64,000 nt of DNA from Pseudomonadota bacterium (lineage in GTDB: Bacteria > Pseudomonadota > Gammaproteobacteria > QQUJ01), in assembly GCA_008501635.1 (NCBI GenBank), contig QQUJ01000018.1, forward strand, positions 335,286-399,285. Reading direction: 5' to 3'. The notes beneath the pieces were generated by a model. That model did no database searches. It worked only from the letters and a program-made list of their open reading frames with translations, and was not told the origin of the DNA. The stretch's first letter is position 1. Every line of letters begins with the position of its first letter. The translations under genes were made by a program, and so were the position numbers. This document shows positions 39,790 to 48,800 of this stretch, one piece after another.

Positions 39790-40530
39790 ATGGATTACGA
39801 AATCGTGATACTGCTGGGCATGCTGCTGCTTGCCGCCACTCTCTACAGCGCGGCTGGTCAAGGAGGTGGCTCGGGTTATCTGGCGGTAATGGCCTTGTTC
39901 GGTTTGACCCCCATGGTGATGAAACCGGCCGCGCTCGCCATGAATGTTGCGGTAACCCTGCTGACACTGGGAATAACGCGTGGGATCCGACACATTCCCG
40001 TAAAACTGTGCATGGCGGTCACCGTACCCTCTTTCCCAACTGCGTTATTGGGGGGCTATTTTCTTCCCCCCGCAGCCGTTTACGGTTATCTGGTGGCGGG
40101 TGCACTGGTGGTGGCGGCGCTGTCGCTGTGGCGGGAAAGGCGGGAGCTCCCGCTCGTCACGCCGCCACGACCAATCACGTTGGCCCCCATCGGGGGGCTT
40201 CTAGGATTGATCTCAGGCTTGACCGGGGTCGGAGGAGGGATCTTTCTCGCGCCAATCCTGCTGATCAAGCGCTGGGCGGATCTTCGCGCAACCTTGGCGA
40301 TGTCATCGGCCTTTATCCTGATTAATTCCATTGCGGCGCTGATCGGCCATGCGTTCAGCAACTATGAGTGGCCGAGCGAGATGCCCATGATGATTGCGGC
40401 CGCACTCCTGGGGGCTCTCCTCGGCAGCGTCTGGGGGAGACGCTATTTAGGTACTGCGGGAGTTCGCTGGTTGCTAGGCGGTGTTTTGCTCGTGGCAGCG
40501 GCGCGCATGGTTTTCTTTGCCCACCAATAA
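39790..40530 (+). CDS. TauE/SafE-family (DUF81) anion (sulfite/sulfonate) exporter
   Basis: 246 aa, 7-8 TM, with the GQGGGSGYLAVMALFGL and GVGGGIFLAPILL glycine-rich repeats typical of TauE/SafE. RBS gggaggggag. Confidence 0.8.
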   Translation: MDYEIVILLGMLLLAATLYSAAGQGGGSGYLAVMALFGLTPMVMKPAALAMNVAVTLLTLGITRGIRHIPVKLCMAVTVPSFPTALLGGYFLPPAAVYGYLVAGALVVAALSLWRERRELPLVTPPRPITLAPIGGLLGLISGLTGVGGGIFLAPILLIKRWADLRATLAMSSAFILINSIAALIGHAFSNYEWPSEMPMMIAAALLGALLGSVWGRRYLGTAGVRWLLGGVLLVAAARMVFFAHQ

Positions 40531-40558
40531 GGGGGGGGCTCGTGGCAGGAAAGCAGAA

Positions 40559-40600
40559 GTTGATTAAATATTAGAAAACGTTAATATACTTATTAACGTT
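40559..40600 (+). promoter_or_regulatory. AT-rich promoter-like region with a perfect 10-bp-arm palindromic operator (AACGTTAATA-TACT-TATTAACGTT) upstream of the DUF2892 gene
   Basis: TTGATT (-35-like) ... TAATAT/TATACT (-10-like) overlapping AACGTTAATATACTTATTAACGTT at 40577-40600. A sharply AT-rich island (~25% GC) in a GC-rich genome. Confidence 0.5.
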
Positions 40601-40650
40601 CATTTCAGAAACTGACGGCCACAGAATATTCCTTGAAGGAGTAACGACTT

Positions 40651-40854
40651 ATGAGTATCGACCGTATGGTTTTGGCCTTTGCCGGCCTGTTTATTTTGGT
40701 TAGTCTGGCACTGTCCCAATTACATCACCCCTACTGGCTCTGGTTTACCGCGTTTGTAGGTGCAAACCTTCTCCAGGCCGCTTTTACCCGCTTTTGCCCC
40801 CTGGCGCGTATCCTCGGATTGCTTGGCGCCCGTAAAGGCGAGGCACTCAGTTGA
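40651..40854 (+). CDS. DUF2892-family small membrane protein (YgaP C-terminal-like)
   Basis: 67 aa, two TM helices. The conserved FCPL motif ([14 protein letters not shown]) is characteristic of DUF2892 proteins, which commonly neighbour rhodanese/TauE genes. Confidence 0.65.
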   Translation: MSIDRMVLAFAGLFILVSLALSQLHHPYWLWFTAFVGANLLQAAFTRFCPLARILGLLGARKGEALS

Positions 40855-40890
40855 GTCGCATCGCCGCTCTCTTCCCAACCTCCCAGGTCC

Positions 40891-40918
40891 AACCCGCCGT
40901 TCGGCGGGTTTTTTTTCG
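40891..40918 (+). terminator. rho-independent terminator after the DUF2892 gene
   Basis: aacccgcc-gttc-ggcgggtt followed by TTTTTTTT. Confidence 0.75.
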
Positions 40919-40980
40919 AACTCGCGTACTATTGTGTGGTCCGAAACATGGGTGCCGGCAGTTACTGGCGGGAGTGTTGA

Positions 40981-41523
40981 ATGACCGGTAAGGGACGGGA
41001 TAGTACGCGCGGTATCGGGCGGGCGATGATCCTGACCGGATGGGTCGTTGCCCTCGTGTTGCTCAGCCTGGGGTTTCATCGTTGGTTTGAACAGCAACAC
41101 AATCCGAACCAGGTGGTGAATAGCCACTTCACCGCCGATGGGAGTGCCGAAGTTGTTCTCCTGCGAAATCGGCACGGACATTACGTGGCCAACGGTAAAG
41201 TAAACGGGTATCCGGCCGCTTTTCTACTCGATACCGGTGCCAGTGATATTTCGGTGCCCGGTGATCTTGCTCAAAGATGGGGTTTGAAGCGGGGCTTGCC
41301 CCGCCAATATCGGACAGCCAACGGTATGATTACTACTTTTAGTACCCAACTCGAGCGGGTTGAACTGGGCGATATCGTGCTCGACAAAGTTCGCGCGCAC
41401 ATTAACCCGCATTTAGGGAATCATGAGATTCTGTTAGGTATGAGTTTCCTCAAGCATCTCGAATTGATTCAACGCGGCGATACGCTCACTTTGCGGCAAC
41501 ACCGTCGTCCCGCATCTTTGTGA
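40981..41523 (+). CDS. retropepsin-like aspartic protease (clan AA, TIGR02281-type), membrane-anchored
   Basis: N-terminal TM (MILTGWVVALVLLSLGF). The catalytic DTGA motif is in LLDTGASDISVP. ~180 aa. Confidence 0.65.
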   Translation: MTGKGRDSTRGIGRAMILTGWVVALVLLSLGFHRWFEQQHNPNQVVNSHFTADGSAEVVLLRNRHGHYVANGKVNGYPAAFLLDTGASDISVPGDLAQRWGLKRGLPRQYRTANGMITTFSTQLERVELGDIVLDKVRAHINPHLGNHEILLGMSFLKHLELIQRGDTLTLRQHRRPASL

Positions 41524-41613
41524 GATCTAATTGGCGGTAACGGATGCACTGATGGATTACACTCTGAATTGAGTAATGACTACATCGATGAATCAGAGCT
41601 TTAGCATGTAGCG

Positions 41614-42228
41614 ATGCACGACAGGATTGCACAGTGGTTGAATTCGAAACCCGACACGGAGGTGTCTGCTTTGCCGATGTCGGCGGGTGACTATCGCCTT
41701 AATCCCACCGCTCCCGTTCGTACCGGATACACTCAGGCTGCCGTGCTTGTGCCCCTGGTGGATCGACCGGAGGGTATGACGGTACTGCTCACCCTGCGCA
41801 CCGAACATCTCAATGACCATGCAGGGCAGGTGAGCTTTCCAGGCGGTCGCGTAGAACCAAGTGATCGCAGCACCATCGAGACCGCTCTGCGCGAGACCGA
41901 AGAGGAGATCGGCGTGGGTCGACAGCACATCCAGGTGCTCGGGTATCTGGATCGTTATCGGACTGTAACCGGTTTTGACATCGAACCTGTGGTGGGTGTC
42001 GTAACACCGGGTTTTACCTTGAAGCCCGACCCTTTCGAGGTGGCCGAGATTTTCGAAGTTTCCCTTGAGTTGGTGTTGTGCGAAGAGAGCTTCCGCCGTG
42101 AAACCCTTCTGCACAAAGGTTGCGAACGCCATTTCTACGAAATTCCCCACAAGCGCCACCACATCTGGGGAGCCACCGCGGGTATTCTGCGTACCCTCTG
42201 CCTGCGCGCCCAGGCCACCGTCGGCTGA
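41614..42228 (+). CDS. NUDIX hydrolase, CoA pyrophosphatase (NudL-like)
   Basis: Nudix box GGRVEPSDRSTIETALRETEEEIGV and the upstream LLTLR..HLNDHAGQVSFPGG motif typical of CoA pyrophosphatases. Confidence 0.75.
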   Translation: MHDRIAQWLNSKPDTEVSALPMSAGDYRLNPTAPVRTGYTQAAVLVPLVDRPEGMTVLLTLRTEHLNDHAGQVSFPGGRVEPSDRSTIETALRETEEEIGVGRQHIQVLGYLDRYRTVTGFDIEPVVGVVTPGFTLKPDPFEVAEIFEVSLELVLCEESFRRETLLHKGCERHFYEIPHKRHHIWGATAGILRTLCLRAQATVG

Positions 42229-42249
42229 CCTGGAAACAAAGCCAACCCG

Positions 42250-42304
42250 CAGTACCGGGCGCTCGAACCGCGAGCGACCGGCACAGCTCGCGGGGGATTT
42301 TGAG
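42250..42304 (+). mobile_element. partial copy (right end) of the IS630/Tc1-like MITE, followed by TA
   Basis: ...cgagcgaccggcacagctcgcgggggattttgagataggttc-ta matches the right ~55 bp of the complete element (60358-60411). It lies immediately between the NUDIX gene stop and a truncated gene fragment. Confidence 0.55.
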
Positions 42305-42312
42305 ATAGGTTC

Positions 42313-42712
42313 TAATTACGCCGGCAAGGCCGCGGCGTGCATCGACGGTCTGCAACGCCACGACATCATGTGCGTGTATGTCGAATCCCCCGATGAGGCG
42401 GGCCATGCCGGGCGGCTCGATTACAAGCTCCAGGCGATCGAGGATTTTGACCAGAAAATCGTCGGCCCGGTGCTGGATTACCTGGCCGCACAGGGTGGCT
42501 ATCGTGCGGTGGCCTGTCCCGGCCATCCCACCCCGGTGGCTGTGAAGACGCACGCGCGAGAGCCGGTCCCGTTCGCCATGTGCGGCACCGGCATCACCGC
42601 CGACACCAACGATGCCTATGATGAATGGTTGCTCAGCAACGGAAGTGTTTCGTTCGATCCGGGCTACCGCATGATGGAGTTCATGCTCAACGGATCTGCG
42701 CCCCGCCGCTAG
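42313..42712 (+). pseudogene. C-terminal fragment of an ApgM-type cofactor-independent phosphoglycerate mutase / metalloenzyme-superfamily protein
   Basis: ...CVYVESPDEAGHAGRLDYKLQAIEDFDQKIVGPVLDYLAAQGGYRAVACPGHPTPVAVKTHAREPVPFAMCG... matches the ApgM C-terminal motifs (DxAGH...TADHSTP...H..DPVP). The ~250-aa N-terminal part is absent. The upstream in-frame extension runs through the MITE fragment and the NUDIX gene. Confidence 0.5.
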
Positions 42713-42715
42713 TCA

Positions 42716-43315
42716 TCAGGGGATATAATCGCGAATCCGCTCGGCGATCTGCTGCGGCGTGGCGCTGTGGGCAAACTTGGTGAGAAAGGTACCGTCGGGC
42801 CCCATCAGGAAGACCCCCGCACTGTGATCCACCCGATAAACATCGGGAGGATCGGCCGGTAACCGCACCTTTTCGAAGCGGATCCGGAAATTCTGCGTTA
42901 CCCGTTCGATCATCTGGTGAGAGCCCGTAAGCCCGATCAGCCGTGGATTGAAGTAGCTGACGAAATCGCGCATCACGGCCGGCGTGTCACGATCCGGGTC
43001 GACACTGATCAGTAACGGTTGGACCTGTTCGGCCTGGTCACCCAGTAACTCAAGTGCCTGATTGATGATCACCATCGCGGTGGGGCAGACATCGGGGCAT
43101 GCGGTATAGCCGAAATAGATCAGCAGGAACTTACCGCGAAAGCTGCGATCCGTCACGATCTCGCCGTAGTGATCGAGAAGCATAAAACGGCCCTCAATGC
43201 GCCCCTGCGCCAGGGGCTCAGAATCGGGCGCCGGATTGCCGGTCTGCGCCTGGGCAATGGCCGCCATCAGGAGCACAGCCGCGCCTGTGATGCCGATACG
43301 TTGAAGTGTGGACAT
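42716..43315 (-). CDS. SCO1/SenC-family copper chaperone (thioredoxin fold, CxxxC)
   Basis: ATG 43315 with an aggggaa RBS. Signal/anchor sequence, then FGYTACPDVCP (the CPDVCP copper-binding motif). Confidence 0.85.
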   Translation of the reverse strand: MSTLQRIGITGAAVLLMAAIAQAQTGNPAPDSEPLAQGRIEGRFMLLDHYGEIVTDRSFRGKFLLIYFGYTACPDVCPTAMVIINQALELLGDQAEQVQPLLISVDPDRDTPAVMRDFVSYFNPRLIGLTGSHQMIERVTQNFRIRFEKVRLPADPPDVYRVDHSAGVFLMGPDGTFLTKFAHSATPQQIAERIRDYIP

Positions 43316-43332
43316 GACCAATCGTTCCCCTG

Positions 43333-43680
43333 TTACTCCGCAAACGATCCTCTGAGTCGCTCGATACCTGCAGATACCTGCTGTGTAAACTCCGCGGCTG
43401 AGGGACAAGGTTGGTTGCTCTCAAGCGCTTTCATGAAGCCCGCGTTCGTCGTGTCCTCGAACAGGGCGCCCAAGGCGCGGATCTTGGGCACATTGGCGAC
43501 CATCGCCTCCTTCATGCGCCTGGTCTCGTCGTAAAATTTGCAGTGCAGCGCCACCCCGTTGAGCCCGCCGAGGTGATTGATCGCATCATGCTGTGCATCG
43601 CTGATGGCAGATGCGGCCATAGGCGTCCAGCCGGCGACCAAGAGGATGATGACAAGCAAGGGATGGCGGATTGTCGGCAT
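43333..43680 (-). CDS. hypothetical periplasmic protein (signal peptide), upstream of SCO1 in the same operon
   Basis: 115 aa, MPTIRHPLLVIILLVAGWTPMAASA signal peptide. No family recognised. Confidence 0.45.
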   Translation of the reverse strand: MPTIRHPLLVIILLVAGWTPMAASAISDAQHDAINHLGGLNGVALHCKFYDETRRMKEAMVANVPKIRALGALFEDTTNAGFMKALESNQPCPSAAEFTQQVSAGIERLRGSFAE

Positions 43681-43819
43681 GGTGCAGTTTCCAATGATCT
43701 ACCGTTGACGTTCATGCCGCGCACCGCGATAGCGCTGTGAGCGGCAAAGTTTGTATTAAGCGGCAAAGCGGGCGCTGTGTCCTTGCGTTGCATCAAGGCC
43801 CGAGGCGCCGTGACCGCAG

Positions 43820-44890
43820 TCAGGTCAATAGGTGCAGCCAGCCGTGGCGGTCGGGGATACGTCCGTACTGGATGCACAGGATTTCGTCGTAGAGCCGCCG
43901 TGCCAGGCCATTCTCCATGGCAGCCGGCACCGTATGATCCTCACCCCGATAGCCGAGACGACCGATCGGTGCCACCACCGCGGCGGTGCCGCTACCAAAG
44001 GCTTCGTGCAACTGGCCGTTTTTGCTTGCGTCGATGACTTCATCGATGGTGATGGGGCGCTCTTCGATCGGGACCCGCCACTCGTTGAGCAGGGTGATGA
44101 CCGCATCGCGGGTCACGCCGGGGAGTATGGTGCCACCCAGCGGTGCGGTGACTACTTTCGCGCCCAGGTGAAAGAAGATGTTCATCTGCCCGACCTCCTC
44201 CACATAGCGATGTTCGCGTCCATCCAACCACAGCACCTGGTTGTAACCGGCTGCCTGCGCCTCAGCTGTGGGAAGCAGGCTGGCGGCGTAGTTGCCGGCG
44301 GTTTTGGCGAAGCCCATCCCGCCGGGGGCCGCACGGGTATAGCGCTCCTCGACCTTGAGGGCGATGGGGGAGAAGCCGCCGGCGAAGTACTCGCGCACCG
44401 GTGAGGTCATGATGATCAGGCGATACTCTCGCGAGGGGCGCACGTCCAGATGGGCTTCGGTGCCAAGGATCAACGGGCGGATATAAAGCGCTTGCCCCGG
44501 CCGGGTGGGTACCCACTGGCGATCGACGGCCACCAGGGTTTCGATGGCCTGACAGAAGAGCCCACGATCGACCGGTGGAATGCAGAGGCGCTCGCAGGAG
44601 TGATAGAGCCGCGCCGCGTTGGCATCGGGTCGAAACAGGCGCACCTGCCCGTCGCTGCCGCGAAATGCTTTGAGTCCCTCGAAGACCAGCTGGCCGTAAT
44701 GCAGGGCAGCGGTACCGGGTTCCAGTGTCATCGGTCCGTAGGGTTCGATGCGCGGGTCGCGCCATGCACCATCCCGATAATCCATGGTGAAGAGATGGTC
44801 TGAAAAACAATTACCAAAGCCAAGATTGTCGAAATCGACCTGATTGATGCGACTTTCGACGATGGGTTGGACCGGGATGGTTGAATTCAC
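43820..44890 (-). CDS. ilvE: branched-chain amino acid aminotransferase (fold-type IV)
   Basis: 356 aa, ...EGLKAFRGSDGQVRLFRPDANAARL...GGMGFAKTAGNYAASLL.... Eukaryote-like long BCAT type. Confidence 0.85.
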   Translation of the reverse strand: MNSTIPVQPIVESRINQVDFDNLGFGNCFSDHLFTMDYRDGAWRDPRIEPYGPMTLEPGTAALHYGQLVFEGLKAFRGSDGQVRLFRPDANAARLYHSCERLCIPPVDRGLFCQAIETLVAVDRQWVPTRPGQALYIRPLILGTEAHLDVRPSREYRLIIMTSPVREYFAGGFSPIALKVEERYTRAAPGGMGFAKTAGNYAASLLPTAEAQAAGYNQVLWLDGREHRYVEEVGQMNIFFHLGAKVVTAPLGGTILPGVTRDAVITLLNEWRVPIEERPITIDEVIDASKNGQLHEAFGSGTAAVVAPIGRLGYRGEDHTVPAAMENGLARRLYDEILCIQYGRIPDRHGWLHLLT

Positions 44891-45056
44891 CGCTTGAACT
44901 CCTTAGCGCATAGTCCGGTGGTAGCTCACTGCCACATCATAACCCAAGGTTATCGAGTAGCGGGCGCACGCGGTTCACCCCGGCCGGGGTTCGCAAGTCG
45001 ATAGACGGAACGGTTCTCCCGCCATCGGTCGCGTTGGAGGGATCGCGGGCTAAGGA

Positions 45057-45293
45057 CTAACTGCGTAGTGTTGTGTAGAGACTGTCCTTCAGGGTGACGC
45101 GTTTCTTTTTCAGATCTTCCATCGTCTCGTCGCAGACGGGTTGACCCAGCTCTTCGAGACGACGAATCTCGGCATCGAGCTGGTCGTATTCATCCATGAG
45201 TTGCGCAAAGCGCGGGTCGCTCGCGCGTTTGGCCTCAATTTTGCCCTTCAGATCGGGGAACTCATGGATGAGGTCGTGGGTTTCGCCAAGCAT
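45057..45293 (-). CDS. DUF465/YdcH-family small protein
   Basis: 78 aa, ...EFPDLKGKIEAKRASDPRFAQLMDEYDQLDAEIRRLEE... is the typical YdcH pattern. Confidence 0.7.
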   Translation of the reverse strand: MLGETHDLIHEFPDLKGKIEAKRASDPRFAQLMDEYDQLDAEIRRLEELGQPVCDETMEDLKKKRVTLKDSLYTTLRS

Positions 45294-45371
45294 CGTAGCC
45301 TCCTGTTATTGGTCACCGGGTCTTAACCCAAGCATAGTGCAGTGCACCATGAGGAACAATGCCTGGACGGC

Positions 45372-45815
45372 CTACTGAGGATTCTCCGGCTTGTCGCCGC
45401 TGAAGAACGCCTTGGTTCTCTCCCACAGGCTTTGCGACTTGTCTTTGCTCCAATCCGCGCCCTTCTCGACCTTTTCCGCTGTCCAGTCGGCGGCGCTGTT
45501 GACACCCTTAGCGGTCGCATCGACCCCCTTCTCGGCTTTGTCTGCGCTCCAATCCGCCGCTTTACCGGCACCCTCCCTCGTTGCGTCCCACCCTTGCCGG
45601 GCTTTCTCCTGACCCCAGTCGGCGGCCTTGTTGGCACCCGCTTTGGTCGTATCCCAGCCTTGCCTGGCCTTGTCCTTGGCCCAATCGGCCGCTTCGCTGG
45701 CCGTCTGTTTGGATTGCTCGACAACGCCGGGCTGGGCCGGGGATTCAGCCAGGGTCGGGCTGTTGACAATGAACAGGGCGATCAATAGCGCAAGGGTTCG
45801 TAGGTGAGGCGTCAT
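45372..45815 (-). CDS. secreted low-complexity repeat protein (five ~22-aa AADW...KARQGWD repeats)
   Basis: Signal peptide MTPHLRTLALLIALFIVNSPTLA, then repeats such as AADWAKDKARQGWDTTKAGANK and AADWGQEKARQGWDATREGAGK. It starts 8-20 nt downstream of the UvrA-like stop. Confidence 0.6.
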   Translation of the reverse strand: MTPHLRTLALLIALFIVNSPTLAESPAQPGVVEQSKQTASEAADWAKDKARQGWDTTKAGANKAADWGQEKARQGWDATREGAGKAADWSADKAEKGVDATAKGVNSAADWTAEKVEKGADWSKDKSQSLWERTKAFFSGDKPENPQ

Positions 45816-45834
45816 AGAGGCTCCCATGGTGAAT

Positions 45835-48800
45835 TCACTGCTTTGATTTACAGACGTTCGAGCGTTCTGCGAGGAAATCGTTCAGGAAACGTGCGGTATG
45901 CGATCCTCGTTTGCGCCCGGCGACCCGCGTCGGAGTGCCCTGCGCTACCACGCGCCCGCCGTTTTTCCCGCCTTCGGGACCCATGTCGATCACCCAATCG
46001 GCCTCGGCGATGATGTCGAGATTGTGCTCGATCACCACCACGCTGTTACCCGCGGCAACCAGGCGATGCAGGACGCGGATCAACTTTTCCACATCGGCCA
46101 TATGCAGGCCGATGGTGGGTTCATCGAGCAGGTAGAGGGTGTGTGCCGGCGAGACCGTCCGGCGTCGCCGATCGTTCTGTTCACCACCGGTCCGGGCCTT
46201 GGCCAACTCGGTGACCAGCTTGATACGTTGCGCCTCGCCGCCCGAAAGCGTGGGGCTCTGCTGGCCCAGGGTCAAATACCCCAATCCCACATCCTGCAGC
46301 AGGCACAGGGTGTGGTGAATGGCGGGGTGGGCGGCGAAGAAATCCACCGCCGTGTCGATGCTCATCGCCAGCACATCGGCGATGCTTTCATCCTTGAACA
46401 GCACCGCGCGGGTCTCCGCATTGAAGCGCGCGCCGCCGCAGGCCTCGCAGGCGACACGCACATCGGGCAGAAAACTCATCTCGATCTTCTGAATGCCCTG
46501 GCCTTCGCAGACTTCGCAACGCCCGCCTTTGACATTGAAGGAGAAGCGCCCCGGACCGTACCCGCGCAGCCGCGCTTCGGAGGTCTGCGCATAGAGTTTG
46601 CGGATCGCGTCCCAGATACCCACGTAGGTGGCAGGGCAGGAGCGGGGTGTTTTGCCGATGGGGGTTTGATCCACCTCCAGCAGCCGCTGCACCTTTTCCC
46701 AGCCTGCGATGTCCGCGCAGCCCTGCAACGGCAGCCGGGCACGACGTTTGCGTCGCGCACCCAGGAGGCGAACCAGGTTGTCACCCAACACATGCCGCAC
46801 CAGGGTACTCTTGCCGCTCCCGCTGACGCCGGTTATGCACACCAGGCGCCCCAGGGGAATGGTGGTGTCGACGCACTGCAGATTGTGCAGATCGGCCCCG
46901 TGAATGGCGATGGCTCCGGCATTGGGGTCGAGCCACGGCCGCTCCCGGACCAGGGGATGGGGAAGGGGATGCGCCAACATCCGGCCGGTGAGCGACTCTT
47001 TGCTGCGCATCAACTGTTTCAGACTGCCCTGGGCGACGATACGTCCGCCGCCGCTTCCCGCCCCGGGGCCCAGATCGATCAGGTGCTCGGCGCGGCGGAT
47101 GGTCTCCTCGTCGTGTTCCACCACCACGACACTGTTGCCCTTGGCCAGCAACTCGGCGAGGGTGTCGAGCAGCAGACGATTGTCACGCGGGTGCAGACCG
47201 ATGGTGGGTTCATCGAGGATGTAGCAGACACCGCGCAGATTGGAACCCAGTTGCGCGGCCAGGCGGATGCGTTGGGCTTCGCCACCCGACAAGGTAGGGG
47301 CGGCACGATCCAGCGTCAGGTAATCGAGCCCCACCTTCTGTAGAAAACCCAGACGGCTCAGCAGTTCGGCCCGTAGATCGCGCGCCACCGCCTCCTCGCG
47401 GCGATTCAACTTGAGGCGCCGCAACCAGCGCTCCGCTACCGCAACGGGAAACCCGGCAATGGCGGCGATGGAGTGGTCGCGAAAGCGCACCGCCAAAGCC
47501 TCGGGATTCAGGCGCGCACCCCCGCAACCGGCACAGTTGTGGGTCTCGCCCTCGAACCAGTCGTTCCACCAGATCTCTTCGCCGCTCTGCTCGGCGTCGA
47601 AGCCCTTGATGGCGAGCCCGGTGCCGAAACAGTCTGGACACCAGCCGTGCTTCGAGTTGTAGGAGAAGAGGCGCGGATCCAGTTCGGCAAAACTGCGGCC
47701 GCAACCGTGGCAAGCGCGACGCGACGAGTAGAGCGTCTCCTGGTGCGAGCGTTGCTCGACGATTTTCACCACGCCTTTGCCGAAGTCGAGAGCGCTGTTC
47801 AGCAGGGCCCGCAATTGGCTCTCCGAGCCGGGCGTCACTTTCAACTTCGCGACGGGGAGATCGATAGTGTGCTCGCGAAAACGGTCGAGGCGCGGCCAGT
47901 CAGCGGTGGGCAGCAGTTCGCCATCGACCCGCAGATGCGTGTACCCCTTGTTCAAGGCCCACTGGGCGAGATCGGTGTAGTAGCCTTTGCGATCCACGAC
48001 CAGCGGCGCCAGCAGTTGGATGGTTTCGCCGCGATACTCCTTGAGCAGACGCGCCGCGATGGCTTCGGGCGATTGCGGCTCGATGGGTAGATCGCACCGG
48101 GGACAGTGTTGCGTGCCCAGTTTGACGAACAGCAGGCGCAGAAAATGGTAGACCTCGGTGAGCGTCGCGACCGTGCTTTTGCGTCCTCCGCGGCTGGTGC
48201 GCTGTTCGATGGCCACCGTGGGCGGAATACCGTAGATGGCGTCCACCTCGGGGCGCGCCGACGGTTGCACGAACTGCCGTGCGTAGGCATTGAGTGATTC
48301 CAGGTAGCGCCGCTGCCCCTCGGCGAAAAGGATGTCGAAGGCCACTGTACTTTTTCCCGAACCGGAGATGCCGGTGATCACGGTAAACTTCTCTTTGGGA
48401 ATCGTGACATCGATGTTGCGCAGGTTGTGCTCACGGGCATTGTGGATCTGGATTGCTTTGTTATTGCGGCGCGCACCCCTGACGGATTTTGCTGTTGGCG
48501 GGCGCTTGGCGGCGGGTGATCGTTCATCGCGATTCGCCGTCGAGCGGTAATCGCGCAAAGCGCGTCCGGTGTGGGAGGAGGCCGATTTCGCCGCTTCCAT
48601 CGGCGATCCTGCGAAAACAATTTCTCCGCCTGCTTCACCGCCTTCGGGGCCGAGGTCGACCAGCCAGTCGGCGGCGTTGATGACGTCCAGATTGTGTTCG
48701 ATCACCAGCACCGAGTGTCCGTCGGCGAGCAGCCGTTCGAACGCCTCCAGTAATCGGGCTATATCGGCGAAATGCAGGCCGGTGGTGGGTTCGTCGAAGA

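Noticed and set aside
42065-42712. 215-aa ORF read as one gene
   Set aside because: Only the last ~130 aa resemble ApgM. Upstream, the frame runs through the MITE fragment and antisense or out-of-frame across the NUDIX gene, so it was split into a MITE copy plus a truncated fragment.
45898-47343. 481-aa + strand ORF, and several 60-200-aa ORFs between 45898 and 51347
   Set aside because: They are antisense to the UvrA-like CDS and have no recognisable motifs. Typical GC-rich shadow ORFs.
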